From NCBI RefSeq assembly GCF_009914755.1, contig NC_060925.1: DNA of 64,000 nt. One strand, 5' to 3'. Positions 15,215-29,558 of the stretch are shown piece by piece. The DNA comes from the human T2T-CHM13v2.0 reference genome, Homo sapiens. The notes under the pieces were generated by a model, which was not told where the DNA came from, searched no databases, and saw only the letters and a list, made by a program, of their open reading frames with translations. Position 1 is the stretch's first letter, and each line of letters opens with the position of its first letter. The translations under genes were made by a program, and so were the position numbers.

Positions 15215-15370
15215 GACTGGTATACTATATCCCAACACCTATTTTTGCAGTTTTTGTGGTTTTAAAGCATTGTTTATAAAATGAGAATTTGTGCCAGAAA
15301 CTATATGTAGTTTGCAATGCCTAAATTTTTACTATCTGGCTTTCACAGAAAAAAATTTGCTGACCCCTGG
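15215..15370 (+). mobile_element. MER58-type (hAT-Charlie) fragment
   Basis: Ends cctaaa...tttactatctggctttcacagaaaaaaatttgctgacccctg. Confidence 0.75.
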
Positions 15371-15649
15371 TTTATGGAATAGAAAGCACACATACTAGCC
15401 CTTTCCCACCCCTGGAAGTAAGACTGCCTAAAACCAGGCACTTAACACTGAACGAAAAAAATGTGGGCTATCTTCTCTGATCATACTAGAAAAAAATAAG
15501 ACAGTACGTTAATGTGCTAATTAAAGCCCTCCTCATCCTAGTAATTAGGGATTCTCAGGCTTAATGATCAGTGCCCTAGTCATGAAGCAAAAGGCAGAGG
15601 ATGCCGGTCAAGAAACATCTCCCGTACCCAGAGCCCCCAGTCAGTTTCA

Positions 15650-17480
15650 TTCTTCCAGATGGACAGCCCACCCAAATCACTAAATGTTTGACTAAAGCCA
15701 GCAATATGAAAGAGAAAGATATAAACTAGTAGAAAAATGGCTCCACCACAAGCGCTAATAATCCAGAGGATTTAAGAGTGCTTTTGAAACCCTCAAAATA
15801 ATATTCTCAGAGACATTCCCAAAAATGTTGACTCTGCAAACAGGAAAAATATATTATGAAAAAACATAGGTGAATAAGAAAATGATCTTAGATTAAAACA
15901 TATAATTTAAGAGAAGTCTTACAAGACAAAACCAGGGAAGTCTCCCAAGACATAGAACAGTAAGGACAAAGAAACAGAAAATATAGACTAAAGAAACACA
16001 GAGGATATATCCAGAATGATCAATATTGACTAATAAATATTGAGAAAGTACATAGAGGGGAGATGATTAGCAAAAAATAAATACAGACATCCCCTGACTT
16101 TCAATAGGTCAACTTAATTTTTTTACTTTGCCATGCTGTGAAAGTGATATACATTCAGTAGAAATCATCCCTCAAGTACCCATATAACCATTCTGGTTTT
16201 CACTTTTAGCACAGTATTCAAAAAAAAACATGAGATATTCAATACTTTTTTATAAAATAAGCTTTGTATTATATGGTGTTGCCCAACTGTAGGCTAATGT
16301 AAGTGTTCTGAGCACCTTTAAGATAGGCTAAGCCAAACTATGATGTTTGGTAGGTTAGGTGTATTAAATGCCTTTTTGACTTAGGTGTATTAAATGCCTT
16401 TTTGACTTACGACATTTTCAACTTAAAGTGGGTTTATTAGGACATAACTCCACTAAGTTAAGGAGCATCTGTATAAGAGAAAATAGTAAATAAGTAAATA
16501 AAGTTGTTCAGTTGAAAACAAAGATAAAGAAAAGATCTTAAAAACTTCCAGAGATTAAAAAAAGCAAAGTAATCAACAAATGAATTAGAATTAGTCTGAT
16601 ATCAGATTTCTTATCAGCAAAACTAAGTGCTAGAAGACAGTGAATTTATGCTTTCAAAGTTCTGAAAAAAATGATCTTCAACCAAGAAATATATGTCCAG
16701 CCAAATGACTTGATCAATTAAGTGTGAAAGTAGAATAAAGATCTTTGTGGTTTGCAAGATCTCATTCATTTTATCTCCTGTGTACCCTTCCTTAGGAAGT
16801 TAACTTAAGGATGTAAGCCATAAAGAAAACATAAGATCCAAGTAACAGGGTGATGTCCATGGAACAGTGAAAGTAAGTCTCACAATGACAGCTTTGGAAT
16901 GACCCTAGAGAGTAACCAGGGCAGACTAGACCCAGTGGATATAGCATTCCAGGAGGCAGGTCTTCAGAGGAAAAAAGGAACTGAATGGATTCAGAACTAT
17001 GAAAAGGGTAAGGATATGATAAACTCTATTAGTGAAGTGTTCAAGCAGATAATTCATTGGGATTTGAAGCTAGAATATTCTCCCCTGAGTGGCAGAGAAG
17101 TCCTATATAAAACCTATTGAGAAAGAAGTATAACTTCCATAGACCAATAGAGAAGGAAATATATTACTAACGCACTGTGCCTAGCTCTGCAGACATATTA
17201 TATTTATCTTGTCATTTTAGAGGGAATATTGTTTATTGGCTTAGAACACTGAGAAGTACCAAGGTAAAAAGAAGTGGAAGAAAGACTGGGAGTTATAATG
17301 TGTTTGTCTTACAAAGTGGAGAGTTCAGAGGTACTGTCCATTGTCAATGAAATAAGAAATACAGATTTGATTATATTTTTGAAGTACCAAAGTTAATCTG
17401 TAGGAAAACAGACTATTGATATGATCATATGTGGAAAAAGAGGAATGGGGAAGTAAAGAGTAATATAAATAAATTCAGGC
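15650..17480 (+). mobile_element. Ancient L1 ORF1-like / HAL1 remnant, interrupted by MER47
   Basis: gatatcagatttctt...gctagaagacagtg...ttcaaagttctgaa...ccagccaaa (L1 ORF1 C-terminal coding motifs), A-rich. Confidence 0.6.
16084..16471 (-). mobile_element. MER47A-type (TcMar-Tigger) non-autonomous transposon
   Basis: TA-cagacatcccctgactt ... aagttaaggagcatctg-TA terminal inverted repeats with TA TSD. Confidence 0.88.
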
Positions 17481-17504
17481 TTAAGCATATCAAGAAGAAA
17501 ATAT

Positions 17505-17819
<315 letters not shown>

Positions 17820-17887
17820 GGAAATAGTATATAAAGGTACTAAAGCAAGAAATAATGATACATATTAATTAGAAATATAGATATAAC

Positions 17888-18020
17888 AATCCCAGCTACT
17901 CAGGAGGCTGGGGCAGGAGAATCGCTTGAACCCGGGAGGCAGAGGTTGCAGTGAGCAGACATTGCACCACTGAACTCCAGACTGTGTGACAGAGGGAGAC
18001 TCCATCTCAAAAAAAAAGAA
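17888..18020 (+). mobile_element. 5'-truncated Alu (right arm only) with 17-bp TSD
   Basis: agaaatatagatataac (17871-17887) / agaagtatagatataac (18021-18037) flank aatcccagctact...ctcaaaaaaaaa. Confidence 0.9.
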
Positions 18021-20784
18021 AGAAGTATAGATATAACTGCCAGAAGAATCAAAACAAAAACAGTTAAACGTTGGCCACCTCTGGGGGTAGGGAAGGGTGT
18101 GGCTAAGGATTGCAGTTTTTTATTCTAAATTCTTCTGTATTGTTTGATATTTTTAACCACATAAATTTGTTATTTAAATAAAATTGCATGTTTATCAATG
18201 CACAGATAAATGAAAATATTCCTTAGAGTGTCTCCCTCACAAGTAATACAAAATGAATATGTTTAACCGTTGCTGGGTATCGTCCTGACTACTAAAAGTG
18301 ACAATGATTATACACAGGGAGCGTAACCCAACCCCATATAAGCTCTATTGCCACAAACTATGCCGATTTATTGTATGAAACAAGTAGAAGCTACTCCAGT
18401 AAGTATCAGGTAAATTGTCACAATAATAATTTATTTAATATGGTATACAACTCAAATAAGAAAGCCAGAAAAAAAAAGATATTTTTCCTCCTCCTATGGG
18501 AGTTTTTGTTGTTTTAAGAAACATGTACAATGTTTTGGCCACACTGAGGTTCAGAAATAGCACTTGCATCTTCTACCCGAATATATTTATGGCAAAGATA
18601 ATTATGCACCCCATGCACTGATGCACTCAATGCATCAGCAAATATGGCAAATCTGAAGACTGTCAGCGAAAGTCTCAACTTCTTGTAGTCTCAGCTGAAT
18701 AACCTTCATGAGGTAGCATTTGGAAAAATATTTTTTTAAAAAGTGAAGAAAGCAAAATGCATCAAAGTCAACACCTTGAATTGCACCTGGAAGCAAATTG
18801 TGGAACTAGAGGACAAAAATATAATGTTCCCCCTGTGGCTTATCCTATTAAGAAATAAGCCTTCACTCATTTTCTGAGTTGCATTTTCAAAAGCTGCTAC
18901 AAGTAGACTGCATTGCAGTAATATAGTTTTAAGAAAGCAATGTGGACAGAGAGTCCACATTGATATTATTTAGTAAATGATCTAAACCATGCTATTTGGC
19001 TTTGGTGCACCTGACTTAAGCAAGAATGACCTAATAGCAAATCATTAACTGTCACTAAATTTGGGATGTTATCTTCTGTGACACCTAAAATTCATGCAGT
19101 TTTAAACAGATACATCTTGATAAAATATTGACAATAATAAATATCTCTGATACTTAACTATAAGCCAGCAGTGCTGATAAAGCAAACTGCCTAATGATAT
19201 AAAAGCAGAAGCAGGTCTGGCTCTTAGGCAAAACTGTGGAGCAAGCAGCTCTCAGCGACCCACCTCATTTGGAGCTCCACTCCTACCAGCACCCTATAGA
19301 CCAAGCCCTGCCCTCTACAGTATCACCCAGGTATTATTTCTACTTTACCATATACATCTCTCCTATATGTGATTCTGTCCTCTCTTTGGTCCAGTCATTA
19401 GAAGTATTAAGACCATATTGTGGGAATCTAAGTAATATGAGAAAATTATTTCAACAATAAAAGGTACATAAGGGAGAAGACTGAGTATCCATTTATGGAC
19501 TTTTGTATGCAACATGCTTAAGAACTAACAGGAGTAAAACACAAAAGGGCTGGCCAGGTCAGCTTGGTCTGTAAGGGAATAACAGCAGTACACATTCTAC
19601 TGGGAAAATAAACAAGGACAATGAAGAATGAGAGAAGCCTTAGGATGACTCTGGAAATCAAGGTCCAGTGAAGAGGGGTACTATCACTCCTATTTTCTAG
19701 AGGAAACATATAGGATATCAAAATGCTTACTAAAGTTGAGTCAAGCAGAAAACCCAAAAATCATTTTCTTTCCCTAAAATGACTTAATTTCTAGATGCTC
19801 CACATTTTTAATAGATAATCAAGTTTCTTAACTCTGTCACACATACTTTCGATGCAGCCTAATATTAAATTCCCTCAACTGATTATATTGTTTCACCAGA
19901 TGCTTCCCCCACATGTGTCATTATTTGTAAGTATGAACTAAAATGATTTCAGACTTTAACACTTTAGTTTAATCATGGGGTAATACAGGGTACAATGTAG
20001 AAAGGAAAAAATTTAGCATTTTATAATGTACTTATTCTGATGGGACCAACCACCAAGTGACAAATGAATCATATTATTGACTATGCACTACATTTGTATT
20101 GATTTGGTGAATGTATTGCTGAATAGTTAATGGTATGTCAGCCATTCACTTACAAATACATATTTCTAAGGCTGTCATACCAAGATATAAAATATTTCCT
20201 AGGAGCTGGTAGGAAATTTAGCGCAGATCATGCATAATTCTTTAAAAACTGTGTTTTTTTAACTCCACAATTGTTTGGACAAGTTATTTAGAGTAGTCCA
20301 CACTTACACTATCCTACTTAATACAGAGGGTATATATTTCTATTGTAATAACTTGTTTTGCTGAGTTATATAGTGCACAATGCAACCCAAAAAATCTGAG
20401 CTGACCTTGTGTGGCTAGATTAATTGACAAAAGAATACCTAAACAGCTGCTGTGTGGTGAGTTAACCATAAGCACATTGGACAAAATGGAAATGTAGGAT
20501 ACACGAAGCCTGAACAATGTCATTAACTATGGACTCCTAGGAAAGTAGAATGTTGGGTCAACCAACATTCAGAAAGTAACCAGGAATGGCAAGAACTTTT
20601 TGAAAGCTAAAATGTTGGAGAGCTTGTGACTAAGAGGCATAAATACAAACAGCACCAGAAATGTAGTAGCCAAAATGAGAACGGTTGTCACAAGCTATTA
20701 AGAGCTATGTAGTACAGAAAACTGCCACCCTAGCTAGACAGATGTGAAAAACAGCTCTCTAGAGTAAAGGTGGGGGCGGGGAGT

Positions 20785-20942
20785 GGGAGAGAGAGAGAGA
20801 AATAGAGATGAATGGGATGTCTATTACAGTAAAATAAAAATATTTTTATAAAAGAAATAGAGATGAGAGATAGATAGAGATAGATGGAGAAATGAAGATG
20901 GAGATGAAGTTGGAGATGGAGATAGAGATAGAGACAGAGAGA
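20785..20942 (+). repeat. GA-rich / (GAGATR)n simple repeat
   Basis: gagagagagag, gagatagatagaga, gagatgaag units. Confidence 0.75.
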
Positions 20943-20967
20943 AACCAAAATACTTAAGGTTTTATAA

Positions 20968-21282
<315 letters not shown>

Positions 21283-21419
21283 TAAATGTTCCTTTAAAAA
21301 GAGCCATTTTAATCTAAGCTATCGCAAGTCCTAGATCTGATGGGTGGTAGAGTTTTCCATATTATAAGTCTATATGATTCAACACAACTATACTCATTTC
21401 TGAAATCCTTAGACGCAGA

Positions 21420-22546
21420 TCTCATGGTGCTTAGAAGCAGGGGCTGTGATGTCAGATTGCCCAGGCTTGAATGCTGCCTCTGTTACTTGCTGATGAATAA
21501 AGAGAAGTTAACCTTTCTAAACTGTTACTTTGTTTGCACAATCAGGACAATACTGGGAATTACCTCACAGAGGTGTAGTGAAGATTTACCTCTTCTTGGA
21601 TGTCTAATGGGCATCTCAAATCCAAAATGTCCAAAACTGAATTCTTGATCTTCCTTTCCTGAACCTGTTTCTTCCACTGTCTTCCCAATGCTTTTCCCAT
21701 GATTCAGAGCAAAGCCCTGCATCTCATTGACTCTTCTCTTTCAGACACCATATCCTGTTGGCTCTATCTTCAAAATATATCCAGAATTCAAAACTTCTCT
21801 CCACACTCCACCCCTACCCTGATCCAAGTACCATAATCCTTGCTTGGGCTATTTCAACAGCATCCTACTTGACCTCCTCTTCTAACTCTTGCCCCCACAG
21901 TCTATTCTCAACATAGTAGTTAGAGGAATCCTGTTAAAATGTCTTTTCTCAAACCATTCATTAACTTTGCATATTTCTCAGAATAAAAGCCCAAGTCTAC
22001 AAAATCAGGCCCTTTATTAACTTTCTGACCTCATCTCTGGTTGCTCTCCTCCTGGCCATGAGCATCTCTGCTTCTGAAACAAACATGCGAAGCATGCTCC
22101 CGCCTCAGAGCCTTCGCACTTATTCCCTCTTTCTGGGCCTTTCTTCTTCCAGACATCCAGATGTCTTTACCAGCGATTTCAGATCTTTGCTCAAATGTCA
22201 CAGTCTCAGTGAGCCCTTCCCTAAATACCTTCTTAAAATGAAAGACCACCACATTCATACATCATACTCCCCTTCTTCCGTTTATGCCTTTATTTCCCCT
22301 CATAAAACTCACCACCATATAACACACTATATGTTTTATTTATTAATTTTAATTATTTTGTGTCTTCTCCCCCTAAAATATAAATTCTCTGAGAGCAGAG
22401 CTACTTCTCTGTTTGATTCCTCATTGTATATCCCCATATCCTATTGTGTACCTATTCTGGGACATTACTGAGTTCAATAAGTTAATAAGTACAAAACACC
22501 TAAAAATGTGTGACACATACTAAGTGTACAATAAATGTTAGTTGTT
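21420..22546 (+). mobile_element. MIR (21420-21587 and 22480-22546) interrupted by L2 (~21588-22479)
   Basis: MIR head and core to ...gaggtgtagtgaagattt; L2 ggatgtctaatgggcatctcaaa...gttcaataa; MIR tail resumes gttaataagtacaaaacacc...aataaatgttag. Confidence 0.75.
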
Positions 22547-23061
22547 GTTTACTCAGGATATTCATTTATGTAATTTCTCCTAGTTTTTAAGTCTTCCCAA
22601 TATATACTGTGATTATAAATTACATTAGCTTCAAAACAGTTTGTTTCTTAATGTTTCACTTTTGTCTTTAATATGAAATTAATCTAACATTAAAAACTCA
22701 TGACTATCAAGCTCCAAAGACATTCTCTAAAGATGATCTGCTAAAAACTAGTTTTTAATAGCTTTTAAATAAATATTTTATACTCCTTAAACAATCCATA
22801 AATACAGTTTCTATATTTTTCCCAAGTAAATTTTGAGTAAGAAGAATTATAAAAATTAGTGATATATAATTTATATATGGTTCTGTATTCATTTTTTATG
22901 ATTCCTTAAAAGTTTCAAGCTAATTGAGTTTAAATAAATAGTTAAAATAATTTCACTCAAGCTCTGTGATTAATAACTGAAATAGCACAAAAAAACATCT
23001 AACACACCAATATTTTTCTCTTGTCATTCTCTTTACCTTCTTAAATTCCAAAGATAGACAA

Positions 23062-23110
23062 ATAGATGATTGATAGAGATAGACAGATGATTGATAGATA
23101 GATAGATAGA
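23062..23110 (+). repeat. (GATA)n microsatellite, imperfect
   Basis: gatagatagatagataga with variants. Confidence 0.85.
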
Positions 23111-23114
23111 CATA

Positions 23115-23580
23115 AAATAGAATACTATTCAGTCTTATAAAAAGAAGGAAATCCTAATAAAACTGAAGTGTAGTGTGCTAAGTGAAGTAAGCCCAGCATA
23201 GAAAAACAAATATTGTGACCTCATTTATATGTGGAATCTAAAACAGTCAAATTTGCAGAAACAGAGCATAGAATGGTGGTTGACAGGGGCTGTGGGGGCA
23301 GGTGCAGGGATGGGGAGATGTTGGTCAAAGGGTGCAAAGTTTCAGTTAGACAGGATAAACAAGTTCCAGAGCTTTATTGTACAACATAGTAAAACATAGT
23401 TAATAATAATGTATTGATACTAGAAAATTGCTGATATAGTAGATCTTAAATACTTTCACCACAAACAATATGTGAGGTGACAGATATGTTATCAGGCTTG
23501 ATTTAATCATTTTTCAATGGATATATATATAAAATATGCTGTACACTGAAAATACATACAATTTTTATTTGTCACTTACA
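23115..23580 (+). mobile_element. L1MA-type (old) 3' end
   Basis: gaatactattcag...aaagaaggaaatcc...ggggagatgttggtcaaaggg...ttcagttagacagga. Confidence 0.85.
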
Positions 23581-23922
23581 AAATCATCTGTATTGCTAAA
23601 TTCAGCATTTAAAATATGAAAATATTAGCATACATAATCTACCATATGTACTAAAATGGAACATATATTATAAATATTCAAATCAATAATAGTAATATGG
23701 ATTAAAAGCTGGTATCTTTGAGTTCTAAATGCTCATTATTAACCTAATAATTAAAATCCACAGTTTAAATTGCTGAAAGTAGAGGTTTCAGTCAGGAAAT
23801 GAACTCTGAACTATGACCATTAATTAAACAGGAAAAGGAGTTAGTTATAATCTGGGAAAATGTGCCATTTGGATGACTACTGAAGGCATTGCAGAATTAA
23901 AGGAAATGCCTTTGACTAATCA

Positions 23923-24141
<219 letters not shown>

Positions 24142-25221
24142 TCAGGAGCTTAGAATAAGTTATAGGTCCCTAAGCAAAATATTTCAAGAGGACTCTCATT
24201 CACTTCCCTACACTAATATATTCCTTTTCAGTATGAATTCTAAATGGATAGCCTTTTTGCTTGAACCCAATGCATTTAAAAGACCCCTTTCCTACTAATT
24301 ACACCTCTTGCAGGAGTCATATGAAATATATTAAGATCTAGGAATGTTTTTGAATTGATAATGAAAAAAGGTTTCTCAATAGATAAGGTTTAGAGAAGAC
24401 AGAATATATAGAAGAACAAATCTGAAATGATTCTATAGATTTTCCTTTAACAAAGAGAGAGGATTTGGAGAAGACAAAATTCAACTATCTACACACACAC
24501 ACACACAAACTAGTCAGCCTATCTGAACCTGCCAACCAGGAGATTTTTTAAAAAAGTAATTCAGGAAGATAACACAAATGGTCAGCATTTAAGATCTCAG
24601 ATCAAATTTTTGGATGTTTTTAATAATTCAGCATGTAAGGAGCAAGCATAGTATTTTCCATGCATATTTTTACTAGTTGGAAATTGTTAACTATCCAGTG
24701 AGCATGTCTCTGTGGAAGGACTCACACTGCATAAAATCTATTGATAAAATATTAACAGCAGAGAGTCTTTCATTTAAGCACTTCTCAAAATAAAAAATAA
24801 AAAAAGACTACCTACAGCATAGAATAAAAATATTATATTTTTAGCATCAAAAGATAGAAATCTAATTCCCAGATATAATATTAGTTACAAATAAACAAAA
24901 AATAAAAATAAAAAAGCAAAACTTTAAGTTGTAGGATTTACGAACTTAGCCAAGCAGTAAAACATGCAGCATTCTGAAAAATGAATTACCACGGGGTGGG
25001 TGTCCCATATGACTAGCTCTAAAATGTGTGGTTTGAGAGTCAGGTGCAAATATTTGTGCTGTCTTATGTTGTCTCAACCACAAGGTCCATAGCTGCTTGT
25101 TCATGGTAGGAAGATAAACTAAGTACCACATACAAACAAGTTTGTTAGCAGAAAGGGCCATAACACTCCAAAGTTGGTTCTTCTGAAGAATTCATAGGAA
25201 CAAAACAGAATAATGAGTTAG

Positions 25222-25560
<339 letters not shown>

Positions 25561-26289
25561 TTAGCATAATGCACAGGGAATATTTTTTTAAAAAATCAAA
25601 ACCTACAAGATGGAATTAGTGCCTGTGGAGAAGAAAGATACTTTCTTTCTCAGATACCTACTATCCATAAAGCCTAGCTATAAACACAAGTCAGAAAGTC
25701 AGAAATATCTTAAGGCAATAAAATTTTTAAAAACAAATTATGTTACTCCATTTTGTCCATTTAAAAGGCAGACAAGCCAGACCCTGAAGGCTGATGAAAA
25801 TAGCCAAATTCAACATATAATGACATCAATGATTTAATCCTTTCATTACCAAGAGTATCAAAGACCATTCACATTAGTAGACAAAATCTTAAAAAACTGG
25901 AGGTGGACCTAGAATTTATATTATACTATATGATCAAGCTGTTTCCAAAAACCAAAGCTCATTGTCTAAAAATTGAACATGGAGCCTGTTAAAATTGTTC
26001 CTTGTGAGTCTTGGTTGAAAGAAATGGTGGAGGTAACTAAATGAACTGGCTTATACTCAAAAGGCTTAAGCCATTATGGTCCACTAGGTAAAATATATAA
26101 AAATGCCAAATAGTTAATGTCACTATTAGGACCAACAATTGTTGGTTAAAGCTGCATTGTCAGCAATGAAGAATGTAATTTTAGAAATATAATGAAAACT
26201 CTTCTATGATAATTCATAAAAATAATGTATATGGAATAAGATGATGTGGGAAAGGGGTACAGTATTCCAAAATAACACTTGATCCCAGG

Positions 26290-26687
26290 TAGTACTGTTT
26301 GATATTTCTTCCCACAAATCCTCAGTGTTGGAGGTGGGGCCTAATGGGAAGTGTCTGGGTCATGGCTGTAGATCCTTCATGAATGACTTGGTGCTGTCAT
26401 CACAGAAATCAGTGAATCCTCACTCTTAATTCCCTTGAGAACTGTTTTTAAAAGAGCCTAGCACCTGCCTCTCCCCTCTCTCTTGCTTCCTATTTCACCA
26501 TGTGATTTCTGAACACAGCAGCTCCTCTTTGCTTTCCACTGTGACTGGAGGCAGTCTGAGTCCTCGCCAAAAACAGAGGCTGATGCCATGCTTCTTGTAC
26601 AGCCTGCTGTGAGCCAGGTAAACCTCTTTCTTTAAAAATTACCCAGCCTCGGGTGTTCTTTTACAGTAATGCAAACAGACCAAGATA
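26290..26687 (+). mobile_element. MST-type (ERVL-MaLR) solo LTR
   Basis: cagtgttggaggtggggcctaatggga...aaacctcttttctttaaaaattacccagcctc motifs. Confidence 0.85.
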
Positions 26688-26715
26688 TCCAGTTATATAC
26701 AAAAGGATACTGAGC

Positions 26716-27335
26716 TTTCACTTCCAGGCGCTTCAGGAGCCACGGGTTACAGTGCAGACATGGCCAAGTCCAAGAACCACACCACACACAACTGGTCCCG
26801 AATATGGCACAGAAATTGCCTCAAGAAACCCCAATCACAAAGATACGAATCTCTTAAGGGGTGGACCCCAAGTTCCTGAGGAACATGCGCTTTGCCAAGA
26901 AGCACAACAAGAAGGGCCTAAAGAAGATGCAGGCCAACAATGCCAAGGCCATGAGTGCACGTGCAAAGGCTATCAAGGCCCTGGTAAAGCCCAAGGAAGT
27001 TAAGCCCAAGATCCCAAAGGGTGTCAGCCACAAGCTCCATCGACTTGCCCACATTGCCCACTCCAAGCTTGGGAAGCATGATCATGCCCACATTGCCAAA
27101 GGGCTCAGGCTGTGTGGGCCAAAGGCCAAGACCAAGGATCAAACCAAGGCCCAGCCTGCAGCTCCAGCTTCAATTCCAGCTCAGGCTCCCAAAGGCGCCC
27201 AGGCCACTACAAAGGGTTCAAAGTAGAGATCTCCATCTGCCAATATGAGGACAGAAGGACTGGTGTGACCCGCCCTGCACTGCCGTCTGCATAGGGCTGG
27301 TGTCCTCCTGTGCTATTTGCACAAATAAATCTGAG
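26716..27335 (+). pseudogene. RPL29: Processed pseudogene of ribosomal protein L29 (eL29)
   Basis: ATG at 26760 gives [35 protein letters not shown] 1-nt deletion in the G run at ~26859 frameshifts it; the ORF 26861-27226 continues [33 protein letters not shown]... Intronless, with 3'UTR and AATAAA at 27324-27329. Symbol is that of the parent gene. Confidence 0.96.
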
Positions 27336-29216
27336 GGTAACACTCCTCCCCTACCCCCACAAAAAAGTATAGATTTTTAAAGTCTGAAGGTATCAAGGAA
27401 ACTTTCTAATTTAGCCTCTTATTTAAATGAAGCCTTTCACTACAGTGATTTTCTAAGTTTATAATTCAGAAAACAGAATCCTCTCCCATCATTTCCTTTT
27501 CTCTACAATTTATCTGCTAAGGAATCTGGGCCCTTCATTATTAATTATTGCATGAGCTGGACTCAGTAGCAATCAGGAAACAGCTTCATTTTTCTCCCAT
27601 CACTGCATTCAGACATTCTGTCAGGTCTCCCCTCCTCTAGCCTTGACAGTGTCTCTTTCAGATTTCTTTTCATGATAACAATTTTGTCATCCAGTATTAA
27701 AAAGTTCAGTCTTGTCTAACTCAAAGCATTAATCTAATACTTGATTTGGAGCGTCCCCTCCTGTCAGCTCAGGAATGACTCAGTGTGAGGGGAAGAGAAG
27801 CTGTGAGAAGACATAGGGGAGGACTCTGTTCTGGTTTTTTATACTCCTTTCTTCTCTCCCTATCCCACCCTCAACCTTGCCCTTTCCATTTCTGAATCCT
27901 GGGAGATGGCAGGGATCAAAAAAGGAGCTAATTTATAACTCTCATTTGACTATCAGATGCCCTCTGTCATAGCAGCCTTCCAAATATTGGATCTCATTAA
28001 GTACATTTGCAGATTCTTGGGAGACTCTCAACAAGTTCCTATGCCCTACATGTTTCCTACAATAGACAATGAGCTCTTTATCTGACCGCTCAGAATCACC
28101 TGCACCCCTCAGCTTTGCCCCAGTAGACAGCCCTCTTAGGGTCCTCTTGACTCACAGGAAGTACAATGAACGTGCAGCTTGACAAACTGCTGACTCCTTC
28201 CTTGTTGCCCCGCAGTCAAGGGCAGCTCTACTTTGTTTTCTATCCTTTGTCTTTTCCAGAAAAGAAGCAGAGACCTATTATTATCACACTTTGCTTCAAA
28301 TTATGGAGAGTCACATGTCAGTTTCTCTCAAGAAAAAACTCACTTTCTGCTCAGCTAGATGCAAAGGGAAACCCCACTAATTTTTGCAATTTGGCAAACA
28401 TCCAGCCAGGGACAGAGATGACACTCTACCATTTTGTAGATGACCATAACCTCTATATGCAGTACTCTTGGGGCTTCCCAACATGTGATTTGGTGGTGAG
28501 GGAAGCATCTGCCTCCCTTCCCTCTAAAAAAAGTCTGAATAGGCCAAAGGCAGATCACAGACCAGTTGGTGGTCCGGCCAATTTTCAGTAATTCCTATGG
28601 GGCTGGGTCAGCACCAATCTCTGAAGTATGGAGGAGATTGTCACTCAATGTCCCAAGCTTTGAGGTCTCAAATTCTAAGACAAGAGGACATCTCCCATTC
28701 CACATGTTCTTATAGATTCAAAGTGGCTTTTTAATAAAGTGTCTTAAATGAAAATTTATCTTTCTGAATTGCCACCCAACTAACTGGGGAGGAGAGATCC
28801 AAAGTAAAGGGCTTAAGGGCCTCACTCCAAATGGCTCTGTCCCTTTACAGTGAAACTGTCCTTTTGAGCTTCTGTGGTCTAGTCTATGTGGAAATGGTGT
28901 AAGGCAAAGGTAATTAAAAGGTTCATGAAAGTAAGAGCAGTGCAGCACTATCCTAACTGCATTCTTCCTGGTGTGAATAAATTAATCTGTTTCAGTCACT
29001 GCACTGGCAAACTAGTCTAGGTACCGTATCACATTAGAATATAAAAACCCTTACACAGTAAAAGTGGTAAATGTATTCTGAATTAACAATGAATTAGGAC
29101 ACTGTCAGTATTTCTACTAGCTAATTAGAAAAGCTAGAGTCCTCATATTTGGAAGACGGATTCACTGACACTTTCTTTAGGATTTAGGAACATAAAATCA
29201 AGCCATAAATACTGTG

Positions 29217-29558
29217 TTTGCTTTTGGGGGTTTTGTGGGGGTTTTTTTGGGATTTTTGTTTGTTTAGTATTTTTGAGACTGAGTTTCGCTCTGTCACCCA
29301 GGCTGGAGTGCAGTGGTGAGATCTCAGTTCACTGCAAGTTCAAGCGATTCTCATGCCTCAGCATTCCAGTTCAAGCGATTCTCATGCCTCAGCCTCCCAA
29401 GTAGCATGTGCCACAATGCCTGGCTAATTTTTGTGTTTTCAGTAGAGAAGGGGTTTCACCACGTTGTCCAGGCTGGTCTTGGATTCCTGGGCTCAAGCAA
29501 TCCACCTACCTCAGCCTCCCAAAGTGCTGGGATTACAGGTGTGAGCCACCATGCCCAG
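29217..29558 (-). mobile_element. Alu (J/S) with internal duplication and deletions
   Basis: gagactgagtttcgctctgtcaccc...gtgagccaccatgccc. Confidence 0.9.

Noticed and set aside
20548-20570. 9-bp hairpin gaatgttgg-gtcaa-ccaacattc and similar 6-8-bp palindromes elsewhere
   Set aside because: Within chance expectation for 64 kb of AT-rich sequence.
26653-27294. Alternative-frame and antisense ORFs over the RPL29 copy
   Set aside because: Shadows of the pseudogene sequence; no intact RPL29 ORF.
27700-28700. Moderately GC-rich block with a 141-aa ORF (28166-28591), possibly an ancient LTR
   Set aside because: No recognisable protein, and I cannot assign a repeat family or termini; needs a Dfam search.
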